Below, in pieces: positions 9,100 to 18,195 of a stretch of DNA of 64,000 nucleotides. The number at the start of each line of letters is the position of its first letter. Within the stretch, counting starts at the first letter, position 1. The stretch is from NCBI GenBank assembly GCA_017550335.1, contig JAFZPM010000003.1, positions 15,040 to 79,039 on the forward strand. The letters are read 5' to 3'. The stretch comes from Paludibacteraceae bacterium. GTDB taxonomy: Bacteria > Bacteroidota > Bacteroidia > Bacteroidales > Paludibacteraceae. The translations under genes were made by a program, and so were the position numbers. The notes under the pieces were generated by a model. It was not told the DNA's origin and made no database searches. It saw only the letters and a list, made by a program, of their open reading frames with translations.

Positions 9100-12000
9100 C
9101 TATTCTTTGACGACAGTCCAGAACCCGAGGTTCCGCGCACTGATCTCGCTGTCATACATCGAAGCGCACACAAAGCCAGGTGCGAAATACCTGCCGACGA
9201 ATGAGGCGTGCAACTTGACGGTGAACGTCTTCGTCTCGCGAGGAGCGAGGGAGAAGTAGGTCAAAACACGGTCGTCACGGACATCCATGTAATTGTAGTT
9301 CTCGCTATCATCCGAAGAACCGGAGAGACGGTCGTTCTGGATCTCCCAACCGGAAGGGAAGGCCTGCGTCAAAGCCACCTCCTTGTAGGTCTCGAACGAA
9401 GAGACATTGCTTACCCTTACCTTCACCATGAAATCCGTACCTTGCTCCAGACTGTTCACATCGATCGATGAGCCATCCAACGTACTGTAGGTGACCTTCA
9501 TGGTCAGACCGTTCTCGTACGAACCGCCCGCATTCTCCAGCGGAATACCCGAAACGACCACAGAGGCGAACAAGGCGTTGCCACCGTTGTTCTTGATCTT
9601 CAGCGTCTTTTGACCCGTGCCGCTCACCTCCAACGCCTTCTTCACGACATTGTTATTGGAGTTGAACGCGACAGACTTGCCGTCCTTGATACATGCGGCA
9701 TTGATATTTCCGCCCTTAAGCTGTTTCGTATAGTGGGAGAAGGCCACCAATACCTGCGCCAACTCCTGTGTGCTATATTGTTTTCCGGTGCTGAGTTGCT
9801 CAGACATCTTCCTCAGCAAGGAGAAGGTAGTCGCCTTATCCGAGCCGATCAATGTCATGGCATCCAGGATCAACGCCCTGTCTCTCAGGGTCGAACCGAA
9901 GGTGACATTGCTATGAGAGTATTTACGCACTTCCGTGGAGAGGGAAGCGCAGAGATTCTTCGCGACATCCTTCTTTCCGCACAACGCATACGCGGCGGCC
10001 AGACGCCATTTGGACACATTATCCAGACTCTTGTCCTTCAACCTGTTCATGGCGCTCAAGTCAGCCTTGCCCGCAAGAGCCAAAGTATAAAGGCGGTAAG
10101 CCTGCTCCAACGTATTGTCATTATCGCTTTGGTAACACCATGAGGAAGCGGTCCTCTTCTGGTAAGCCAAGAAATTATTGATCACCGTGTTCGAAACGTC
10201 ATAACCATGGTTCTTCGCCTCCAAGAGGAAGTGACCGGCGTATGTGGTCACCCAAGGATAGTCGTAGTTGCCGCCCATCCAGTAGGAGAATGCGCCGCTG
10301 CCCATCTGCATTTGGCTCAGCTTGAATATAGCCTCCTTCACGTGTTGGTCGCACTCCGCCTTCTCCTGAGGAGTCATCTCGATGATCTCCGGCAACAGCA
10401 ACTGAGGGAAAGCCTTGGAGGAAGTCTGCTCCGCGCAACCGTGAGGGTAACCGATCAAGTACTCCAAGCTACGTCCCAGATCCAACGAAGGCAACGAACT
10501 GATCTCGACCATCAACTGGTTGGTGTTCTCCACGCCAAACAAATCGTAAGGGCACTCCACCTCTTGGTTCGCAGGAATCTCGAACAGCTTGCTCCTCTGG
10601 ATGCGCTCGTTCGGATTGCGGACACTCAGATTGATTTCGCTCTTCACATTATTGGTGCCATCGGAAGCGGAGACGATGATCTTGTTCGCTCCGATAATCG
10701 GTTTCGCCTTCAGCTTGAAGGTGATGATCTTGTCCTCGTTCTCATTGAAGCTCTCCTGGATCGATGAACGTCCCACAACCTCCGCCTTATCACCTGCGGA
10801 GACGGTGACCGTCACGTTCTTCTTCTTGCCGTCCATGGCGAAGACGCTCACAGGGAGAGAGAACTCCTCATTAGGGCCGACGACACGCGGAGCGGTTGGC
10901 AGAAGCATCAGCGGCTTCGTCACCTTCACCGCCTTGTCCGCGCTTCCATAAGCCGCTTTGCTACCGGCAACCACCATGACACGGACAGAGCCGAAATAGG
11001 TAGGAAGAACCACCTTATGCGTCTTCGACTCACCCTTCTTCAGCGTGACAGGTCCAAAGAAGCGGACAACCGGTTCGAAGCGTTTGTTCATACCGTCACG
11101 GTTCAAAGCCTCGTCACCACCGATAGCCAACATCTGCTCTATCTTTCCGCCATAGGCGCCGATGACCAGATCGTACATATCCCAAGAGTTGACGCCAAGC
11201 GCCTCACGCTTGAAGAACTCGTTATGGGCATTCGGTGTCTTAAAGTTCGTGAGATCCAACAGACCCTCGTCCACGATGGCCAACGTATAGTTCATCTCCT
11301 TGCCGTTCTTCTCGCTGACAGTAACGTCAAACGCCTTGTCCGACTCGACTTTATCATCCATCTTGATGACAGGATACAGGTGGCTCTGTTCGCTTTCCAC
11401 CATGAAATTCTTCACACCGTACATTCTGATAGGAAGATCGTTCTCCGTCTTGTTATACGGCTGCAGCAAGTTCACATAGAGATATGCGTTAGGCATCATA
11501 TCGGCCGTCACGTCCACATCGACGACAGTAGTACCCGCCTGGGCATCCACCCACTGCGAGGAGAGCACCCTGGATCTGTTTTCCACCGTGATCAAGACGC
11601 GTCCCTTCTCAGGTGTAGGGATCGTCACCTTGACCTTATCCCCCACGTTATAGGTCTCCTTATCCAAGTTGAAGGAGATCAATGCGGCAGACTTGGAGCC
11701 GTCGTTTTGCGCGCGGGAGTACCAGTTCTCCCAATCGAAGAAGATCTCACCACCCGCTTCATGACCATTCTTTCCATCCTTAACGATGAGCAGATAGCGA
11801 CCCCAATCACTGTCAGGCACGTTGATAGTGACCAAAGCCTTTCCATCCCTCACGGAGATGTTCTTTTTCTCCAGGTAAGGAGTGCGTGAGCTGCTCTCGG
11901 AATAATAAGCCTCCTCATCATCAGAATCCCACCACCAGTGCCAGCTCAGTCTGTACAACTTGAGGGTGATTCCATCACCGTCGATAGGCTTCCCGTTCTC

Positions 12001-14655
12001 GTCCAGCAGAACGATAGGGAATGTCTGGTCTTTATTCGTGAAGACATACTTGAAGCCAGGCTTGATCGGGTATTTGACACCCACATAGCGGGAATAGACA
12101 GACAACGGAACGTTCGTGTAGTTCACACTGTTATCACCCGTTCCCTCATCCACTCTTGTGGTGAAGGTAGCCTGCAGCAATCCCGGCGCATTCGTCAGTT
12201 CAGGGATATGGACACTTTCAGTGACATTACCCTCATCGTCCGTCTCGCTCTCGATCACGGTAACCTCCTGGCTCGTGAACTCCTTCGCGGAAGGAGACTC
12301 GAATCTGTAATCGGAGTATTTAGGGAACGGATTAGGATTACGACGATACCTCATCGTGACGTTCACATCCTTTCCGACGGCGCGGCCACCGTGCAACCAT
12401 TCCGAATGGATGGATATAGGTTCAGACGTACCCGAAGAGAGGACAGAATGCTTGGTGGACAACTGCACCTTCATTCGGTTCGGTTTAACCGTCTCCACAG
12501 ACAGACTCTTCTGGAACGAGGAACCACCGATGGTGAAACCGATATGCCAGTTACCCGTCTGGTCGTCCACTTTCGTAGGGATCCTGAAACTATAGATGCA
12601 ATTGGAAGGATCGTATTTCTGCACCTTCTGCGCATAACGTTGTCCGCGAGGGGTGCGCAGATACATGGTGATCGGGTGACCTGCAGGAAGCGTACCATCC
12701 GCATCCTGAAGCATCAGGGAGATGTTGAGCGTATCGCCCGGACGCCATACGCCACGTTCGCCATAGATATAGCCCTTCACACCCTTCGAGGAGCTTGCGC
12801 CACCCACGTCGAAGGAAGAGAGCGACAAGGCCGAGTTATCACGCATACGGAGGTAGCCCATACGGCCATCCTTCTCCACCACCACGAAGGAAGGGGACCT
12901 TGAGAGCTTCGCCTTCACGAAACCATCCTTGTCCGTCTCCTCCTCGGAAATCAGCTGCATCTGGTAATCGTAGAACTTCACGTTCGCGCCACCCTCAGGC
13001 ATAGCGGTGAGGATATTCGTCACAATGACGTCATAGAAATTGCTCTTTCCACCCTTTGCCGTGATACCGAAGTTAGACACGAAGATGTTCGAAGAGACCC
13101 TTCTGGAAGACTCCAGATAGTATGTGATCTTGGACGGATCATCCCGTTCATCCCATCTATAGGCGTAGTCGTTCGGCACAGCGCTTTCGTCATCATCGTA
13201 AGTATAATAACTCCAGTAGTAACTATCGTCTCCGTTGTCCTCGATTCCTGCGACACCACTGTAATCATGTTCGATATCGTTGATCGAATCCGTGATCTCG
13301 CAAGGGTAAGTGGAATAGGCCCTCTTGAAAGAGAAGATGACATGATACATGGCACCCGGATCCTCCTTCGAGAGTTGGGAGAGATCCAAGGAGTAGGTTC
13401 TCCACTGGGAGTACGCGTTCACATTGTCCGCATCCAGATCCACCCTCTTTTGGAACAACAGACGGGCGGTACGTTTCAAATCGTTGTTGTTGCTCTCGTT
13501 CATCTTGTTCGACTGCAGATATTGCAGCATATTGTTCTCGAAAATCTTCACCACAGTGACGTCCACAGCCTTCAGGTTGACGGCTTGGAAAGGCAGAGCG
13601 GCCTTGTCGGAGGAAGGCAGGATGACGCCCTTCTTCAACAGTCTGACCGCAGGTTTCAGGCTAGAGAAGCAGTAGGTCAGCACCGTATCCTTCTCAACCT
13701 TCTCACCGTCCTCACTCATCAATCCCGAATAGACATGCAATTTAGACTCTGTGAAGTTAATCTTCTCAGGGTAGATCTTCAACACGTTTCCTTCCCTCAC
13801 GTATGAAACATTTCCTCCACCTGTGCTCACATATGTGCGCCACTCCTGGTTCGGACGGATGGATTTGCTGAAGAAGAGTTTCAGGTAAGATTGCTCACCG
13901 TTCACCACGCTCAGGTTGGTCACCTTCATGCCCGCGATATAAGGGATGTTGATTTCGTGCTTGTCCTTGACGTCGCAATCGATGTTCTTACCATCCCATT
14001 CAACCGTCACAGCGATATCCTTCTTTACGTTCTTGCCGAATCCGGTGATCGTGAAAGAATAATTATGGCTGTAATCGGAAGACATATCGGACCATTCCAT
14101 GTCCAACGTCTTCTTCTCAGGAGCGGTCATCTTGGCAGTGAAACAATTCTGCAGGTCGGCCAAATCCTCTTTGTCGTTCAAGGAGACCGTACCCGTCACC
14201 TGGTATTCGCCGCCGTCCATCATCTGAGGCTCATCACACGACACATACATGTTCTGCTTGATCACCTCCACAGGGAAGACGAACTGCTTCAATTCATCCC
14301 GTCCGTTCAGATCGGCCACCTTGCCCAATTCGAAGGTCACTTGGTACTCTTTTCCTCTCTCCAACGCAGTCTCGGGTTGGAACTCAAGCGTCCTGTTATC
14401 CACCCAATACGTGGATCCATCCACTTTAGGCTCCAGAGAGAAGATTTTCCCTTCCTCCTTCTGACCCGGCTTAGCCTTCTCGGAAGGATGCGCCAACACG
14501 ACCCGGATAGCCGCATGGCGGGATATCCTGTTCTGCGGATAACTGCTGATATACTCCATGAACTGAGTATCATCAGAGACAACTGCTTTTTTGCCACATC
14601 CTGTGGATATGACGGCCAGCAGCATGGCCATAAACAACCTGATAAATCGCCTCAT
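9100..14655 (-). CDS. bacterial alpha-2-macroglobulin family lipoprotein (thioester-containing)
   Basis: 1851 aa. Lipobox 'AVISTGC'. Intact thioester motif 'GYPHGCAEQT'. Length and repeated beta-sandwich-like architecture are typical of the ECAM/YfhM-type A2M. Confidence 0.9.
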   Translation of the reverse strand: MRRFIRLFMAMLLAVISTGCGKKAVVSDDTQFMEYISSYPQNRISRHAAIRVVLAHPSEKAKPGQKEEGKIFSLEPKVDGSTYWVDNRTLEFQPETALERGKEYQVTFELGKVADLNGRDELKQFVFPVEVIKQNMYVSCDEPQMMDGGEYQVTGTVSLNDKEDLADLQNCFTAKMTAPEKKTLDMEWSDMSSDYSHNYSFTITGFGKNVKKDIAVTVEWDGKNIDCDVKDKHEINIPYIAGMKVTNLSVVNGEQSYLKLFFSKSIRPNQEWRTYVSTGGGNVSYVREGNVLKIYPEKINFTESKLHVYSGLMSEDGEKVEKDTVLTYCFSSLKPAVRLLKKGVILPSSDKAALPFQAVNLKAVDVTVVKIFENNMLQYLQSNKMNESNNNDLKRTARLLFQKRVDLDADNVNAYSQWRTYSLDLSQLSKEDPGAMYHVIFSFKRAYSTYPCEITDSINDIEHDYSGVAGIEDNGDDSYYWSYYTYDDDESAVPNDYAYRWDERDDPSKITYYLESSRRVSSNIFVSNFGITAKGGKSNFYDVIVTNILTAMPEGGANVKFYDYQMQLISEEETDKDGFVKAKLSRSPSFVVVEKDGRMGYLRMRDNSALSLSSFDVGGASSSKGVKGYIYGERGVWRPGDTLNISLMLQDADGTLPAGHPITMYLRTPRGQRYAQKVQKYDPSNCIYSFRIPTKVDDQTGNWHIGFTIGGSSFQKSLSVETVKPNRMKVQLSTKHSVLSSGTSEPISIHSEWLHGGRAVGKDVNVTMRYRRNPNPFPKYSDYRFESPSAKEFTSQEVTVIESETDDEGNVTESVHIPELTNAPGLLQATFTTRVDEGTGDNSVNYTNVPLSVYSRYVGVKYPIKPGFKYVFTNKDQTFPIVLLDENGKPIDGDGITLKLYRLSWHWWWDSDDEEAYYSESSSRTPYLEKKNISVRDGKALVTINVPDSDWGRYLLIVKDGKNGHEAGGEIFFDWENWYSRAQNDGSKSAALISFNLDKETYNVGDKVKVTIPTPEKGRVLITVENRSRVLSSQWVDAQAGTTVVDVDVTADMMPNAYLYVNLLQPYNKTENDLPIRMYGVKNFMVESEQSHLYPVIKMDDKVESDKAFDVTVSEKNGKEMNYTLAIVDEGLLDLTNFKTPNAHNEFFKREALGVNSWDMYDLVIGAYGGKIEQMLAIGGDEALNRDGMNKRFEPVVRFFGPVTLKKGESKTHKVVLPTYFGSVRVMVVAGSKAAYGSADKAVKVTKPLMLLPTAPRVVGPNEEFSLPVSVFAMDGKKKNVTVTVSAGDKAEVVGRSSIQESFNENEDKIITFKLKAKPIIGANKIIVSASDGTNNVKSEINLSVRNPNERIQRSKLFEIPANQEVECPYDLFGVENTNQLMVEISSLPSLDLGRSLEYLIGYPHGCAEQTSSKAFPQLLLPEIIEMTPQEKAECDQHVKEAIFKLSQMQMGSGAFSYWMGGNYDYPWVTTYAGHFLLEAKNHGYDVSNTVINNFLAYQKRTASSWCYQSDNDNTLEQAYRLYTLALAGKADLSAMNRLKDKSLDNVSKWRLAAAYALCGKKDVAKNLCASLSTEVRKYSHSNVTFGSTLRDRALILDAMTLIGSDKATTFSLLRKMSEQLSTGKQYSTQELAQVLVAFSHYTKQLKGGNINAACIKDGKSVAFNSNNNVVKKALEVSGTGQKTLKIKNNGGNALFASVVVSGIPLENAGGSYENGLTMKVTYSTLDGSSIDVNSLEQGTDFMVKVRVSNVSSFETYKEVALTQAFPSGWEIQNDRLSGSSDDSENYNYMDVRDDRVLTYFSLAPRETKTFTVKLHASFVGRYFAPGFVCASMYDSEISARNLGFWTVVKE

Positions 14656-14687
14656 AAAAAAATATATTTTAAATTATTTGTTCCGAA

Positions 14688-15377
14688 CTAATGCGCCACG
14701 TTGAACCGATCGTCCCGCTTGACCGCCACGATCCTGAACTTCCCGTCGACAGGCAATAACGAGACCCTGTTTCCCTTGAAGTATTTGGCATAGCGTTTCT
14801 TGCGCTCCTTCTCGAGGTATCGCTCCGTGTCGCAGTAGACATGCACACTGTCTCCCCTGCTGAACTCACAATGCAGGAAAATCATCTCGAAACGGTTCGC
14901 CAAAGTGTCCGCGTCCATGCCATCCGCAGCCAACGAATCCTTGTCGAAGAAATCGGATATGCTTATTTCAGGGAACTCGACCGCCTTCTTCCCGGAGGTC
15001 TGCACACGCCACCATCCGTCACACATCGAACCACAAACCCATGAACTGAATCCGTACACGAGAAGGGAATCCTCTATTTTCCATAACTTGGCGGAAACAT
15101 ATCCCTGACTGGAGGTCTGGAATAAAGCATAGTTGTTCTCGTCATAGTCTATCAACCTGCACGTGTCGCGATAGAGGCTGGTCACCGCATTCTCACCCTT
15201 CTTCTCCTTGTGGGATTGCATCAGCTGGTTCATCATATCCACCTTCAACTGCGTGGAGGAAGGAATCATGCGAGACATGTAAGACTCCAATGTCTGGGCT
15301 TCACACAAACCCAGCGACAGACTCAACCCGAAGATAAGCAATAGTAACTGTTTCATTAACACCAATTTAATCTGCAT
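14688..15377 (-). CDS. hypothetical secreted protein upstream of the A2M gene
   Basis: The ORF track starts at 15494, but the internal Met at 15377 gives a signal peptide (MQIKLVLMKQLLLLIFGLSLSLGLCEAQ). Its stop is 33 nt from the A2M start. Confidence 0.5.
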   Translation of the reverse strand: MQIKLVLMKQLLLLIFGLSLSLGLCEAQTLESYMSRMIPSSTQLKVDMMNQLMQSHKEKKGENAVTSLYRDTCRLIDYDENNYALFQTSSQGYVSAKLWKIEDSLLVYGFSSWVCGSMCDGWWRVQTSGKKAVEFPEISISDFFDKDSLAADGMDADTLANRFEMIFLHCEFSRGDSVHVYCDTERYLEKERKKRYAKYFKGNRVSLLPVDGKFRIVAVKRDDRFNVAH

Positions 15378-15586
15378 CCGCTCCCCTCCTTGGGGATTTA
15401 TCCATATCATCATAAAAGATTCCGCAGCTCTCCCCCAACCCATTTTCCTCTCTTGCCTGAAATAGCCGAGCAACACGAATCCAATATAATACAAATATAA
15501 AAAAAACGATTTGAATCGTCAAGACGTTATGGGTAGAAAATGCGTTAAGAAACGTTAGTCCGACGAAGCGGTCATGGATCAGGCCC

Positions 15587-16540
15587 TCATCCCTTCAACC
15601 GCCTATATGCGCGGCAAAACAAGGAATTGACCCTCTCCACCCTAAGGTAGGTCCTCGGCTCGGTCGCGAACTGCTTGTACGAGTTGGCGATCTGCGGATC
15701 CATGCTTCCCTCGAAATCGAACGCACTCGTCTTGCCCTGCAGGAACTGCAACGTGCGCCAGACCATCAGCGTGGAGGCACCGGAAGCCTTGAATGCGGGA
15801 TGGATGGCGGGTATCAGGTAGTAGGCGAACCGCTCGTCCCACACGAAGAAAAGGGCGCTGTGGAGGTTGCCCTCCGCATCATGGACGGTGACGATCTTCC
15901 CCTGCCCCCTGTCGATCGCTTTGCGGCAGACCGTCTCCTCCAACAGACGGGAGTTGATGTTAGTGCGCCCGCGAAGCCTCAACGTCTCGGTATGGAACTC
16001 GTGGAAGGCGGAGACATCCATGTCCCAACCCACCTGCAGTCCGTTGCGTTCCGCCTTGCGGATGTGACGTTGCTTGGCGGAGGTGAACCGCTTGAAGAGA
16101 CTCTCCAGATCCGAGATGTCTGGGATGATGTACGTGACCCTCTCGGAGACGTGATAGCCCGCCGCCTCGAAGAGAGCGTGATGTCTGAACGTCGGGTCGA
16201 AATCCTGCATGTACCAATCCACCTTCAAAGCCTTCAACTGGGCGAGTATATCCTCGCAAACCCTACGTTCGAAAGCCTCCTTGCCGGCCTCGTCCAACCC
16301 CTCAGGATAGAAGAAATGGATGCCGTTGTTCTGGGAAAAGACCGGTTGCAGGATGATCTTGAGGAAGTACTTGCGCACCCACAGGTAGGGCATGGCGCCA
16401 CGCACCTCGCCTTCCTCCTCGACAAGGAGGACATCCCACGTCTTGCCCACGCAGATGGCATCCATCCACCAATATTGAGCAAAGAGCGGCACCTCTGGAT
16501 GCCGCTCACACGCAAGACGATATTTCTCTTTATTGTTCAC
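15587..16540 (-). CDS. GNAT-fold acetyltransferase, FemAB/BioF2-like
   Basis: 317 aa. The N-terminus 'EVPLFAQYWWMDAICVGKTWDVLLVEE' and the overall size resemble Bacteroidota FemAB-like GNAT proteins. GTG start directly abuts the cstA stop. Confidence 0.55.
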   Translation of the reverse strand: MNNKEKYRLACERHPEVPLFAQYWWMDAICVGKTWDVLLVEEEGEVRGAMPYLWVRKYFLKIILQPVFSQNNGIHFFYPEGLDEAGKEAFERRVCEDILAQLKALKVDWYMQDFDPTFRHHALFEAAGYHVSERVTYIIPDISDLESLFKRFTSAKQRHIRKAERNGLQVGWDMDVSAFHEFHTETLRLRGRTNINSRLLEETVCRKAIDRGQGKIVTVHDAEGNLHSALFFVWDERFAYYLIPAIHPAFKASGASTLMVWRTLQFLQGKTSAFDFEGSMDPQIANSYKQFATEPRTYLRVERVNSLFCRAYRRLKG

Positions 16541-17995
16541 TTACGACTCCACCTGCTTGCTACCCTTCTTGTTGTACCACAAGAAGAAAATGACACAAGA
16601 AGCCACAGCGGCGATAGCGCCCACCGTATAGCCAATAATCGGTTCCAAACCTATGCAATCCTTCGAGATGAGCAGGAAGGAGACACTGACCGTCGTCATG
16701 AAGACGGCTGGCACGAAGGTGATCCAGAAGCATTTCTTATGCAACACCAGATAGACCGTGATGGTCCACAACGTGAAGACGGACAAGGTCTGGTTGCTCC
16801 ACCCGAAGTAGTTCCATATCACATTGAAACCCTCCTTGTCCGATATGTTGAAGGCGAGCAAACCCATCGTTATCGCGAACATCGGCACGCAGATATAGAG
16901 GCGCTTGCGGATGCTCTTCTGCTCCATGTGGAGGAACTCCGCCACGATCAGACGGGCGGAACGCAAGGCGGTGTCACCACTCGTGATCGGGGCGGCGACG
17001 ACACCCATAAGCGCTAAGATGCCTCCGACGAGACCCAACCAACCCTCGCTGACCGCCGTGACTACCTGCGGAGCCTGAAGCGATGTTTCAACGCCCAACT
17101 CCTCCGCTCCTCCTCCGTAGAAGAAGTACATGGAGATGGTGGCCCAAATCAGGGCGACGATACCCTCCGTGATCATACCGCCATAGAAAACCGGACGGCC
17201 ATACTTCTCGTTCTTGATGCAACGCGCCATCAACGGACTCTGCGTCGCATGGAAACCACTGATCGCACCGCAGGCGATCGTGATGAACAAGGCAGGGAAA
17301 ATATCCTTCCCGTTGAATGAAAGGGTGGATACGCCCGTCTCATACAACTCCGGCAACGTAGGCCATTTAATGAAGAGGTTGGCGCCCAACGCGACCGCCA
17401 TGAAGATGATGGCGAAGGCGAAGATAGGGTAGATCTTGCCAATGATCTTGTCGATAGGCATCAAGGTGGCTATCAGATAGTAGAGGAAGATGATGCCGCA
17501 CCATACATAGACGGAATTACCGATGTAGTCCTGCGTCATATTCCCTAAGATGAGCGCAGGGCTGTAAACGAAGACCGCACCTACCATCAACATCAGGAAG
17601 ACCGTGAATATCAACATGACCTTCTTCGTGTTCTGTCCCAAGTACTTACCGATCAATTCGGGCAATCCGGCCCCTCCGTTACGGATGGACAACATACCGC
17701 TGAAGTAATCATGGACCGCACCCGCGAAGATACATCCGAGGACAATCCACAAATAGGCGGAAGGCCCGAACTTGGCACCCATGATGGCACCGAAGATAGG
17801 TCCCGTACCAGCAATGTTCAGGAACTGAATCATGAAAATCTTCCATGTGGGCAATGGAATATAGTCCACACCATCCTGCATGGAAAGCGCAGGAGTAACC
17901 CTACTCGGGTCCGGAGAGAATATCCTCTCCACCAATTTCCCATAAACGAGGTAGCCGGCCACCAACGCCAGCATCGAAATAATGAACGTTACCAT
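16541..17995 (-). CDS. cstA: carbon starvation protein A (peptide/pyruvate transporter family)
   Basis: 484-aa polytopic membrane protein. 'MVTFIISMLALVAGYLVYGKLVERIF', 'WKIFMIQFLNIAGTGPIFGAIMGAKFGP' and 'HATQSPLMARC' are typical CstA motifs. Confidence 0.85.
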   Translation of the reverse strand: MVTFIISMLALVAGYLVYGKLVERIFSPDPSRVTPALSMQDGVDYIPLPTWKIFMIQFLNIAGTGPIFGAIMGAKFGPSAYLWIVLGCIFAGAVHDYFSGMLSIRNGGAGLPELIGKYLGQNTKKVMLIFTVFLMLMVGAVFVYSPALILGNMTQDYIGNSVYVWCGIIFLYYLIATLMPIDKIIGKIYPIFAFAIIFMAVALGANLFIKWPTLPELYETGVSTLSFNGKDIFPALFITIACGAISGFHATQSPLMARCIKNEKYGRPVFYGGMITEGIVALIWATISMYFFYGGGAEELGVETSLQAPQVVTAVSEGWLGLVGGILALMGVVAAPITSGDTALRSARLIVAEFLHMEQKSIRKRLYICVPMFAITMGLLAFNISDKEGFNVIWNYFGWSNQTLSVFTLWTITVYLVLHKKCFWITFVPAVFMTTVSVSFLLISKDCIGLEPIIGYTVGAIAAVASCVIFFLWYNKKGSKQVES

Positions 17996-18157
17996 TTGAA
18001 CTATATTTTAGACGGGCTCTCCAAATCACTTCTCAAGCCCATTGTTTTGTCCTTTTTATTGATAACGGTGAATTCCATGGCATCACCATGCATCGTAATC
18101 TCCACAAAATTACGATATTTTTATATTCATGGAATTCAAAGGGACGATTTATTATTG

Positions 18158-18165
18158 TATTTTTG
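18158..18165 (+). promoter_or_regulatory. candidate -7 promoter box (TATTTTTG) for the MscS-family gene
   Basis: Matches TAnnTTTG, 31 nt upstream of ATG 18196. Confidence 0.45.
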
Positions 18166-18195
18166 TGAAGCTAACCAATTCCAGTATATGACTAT

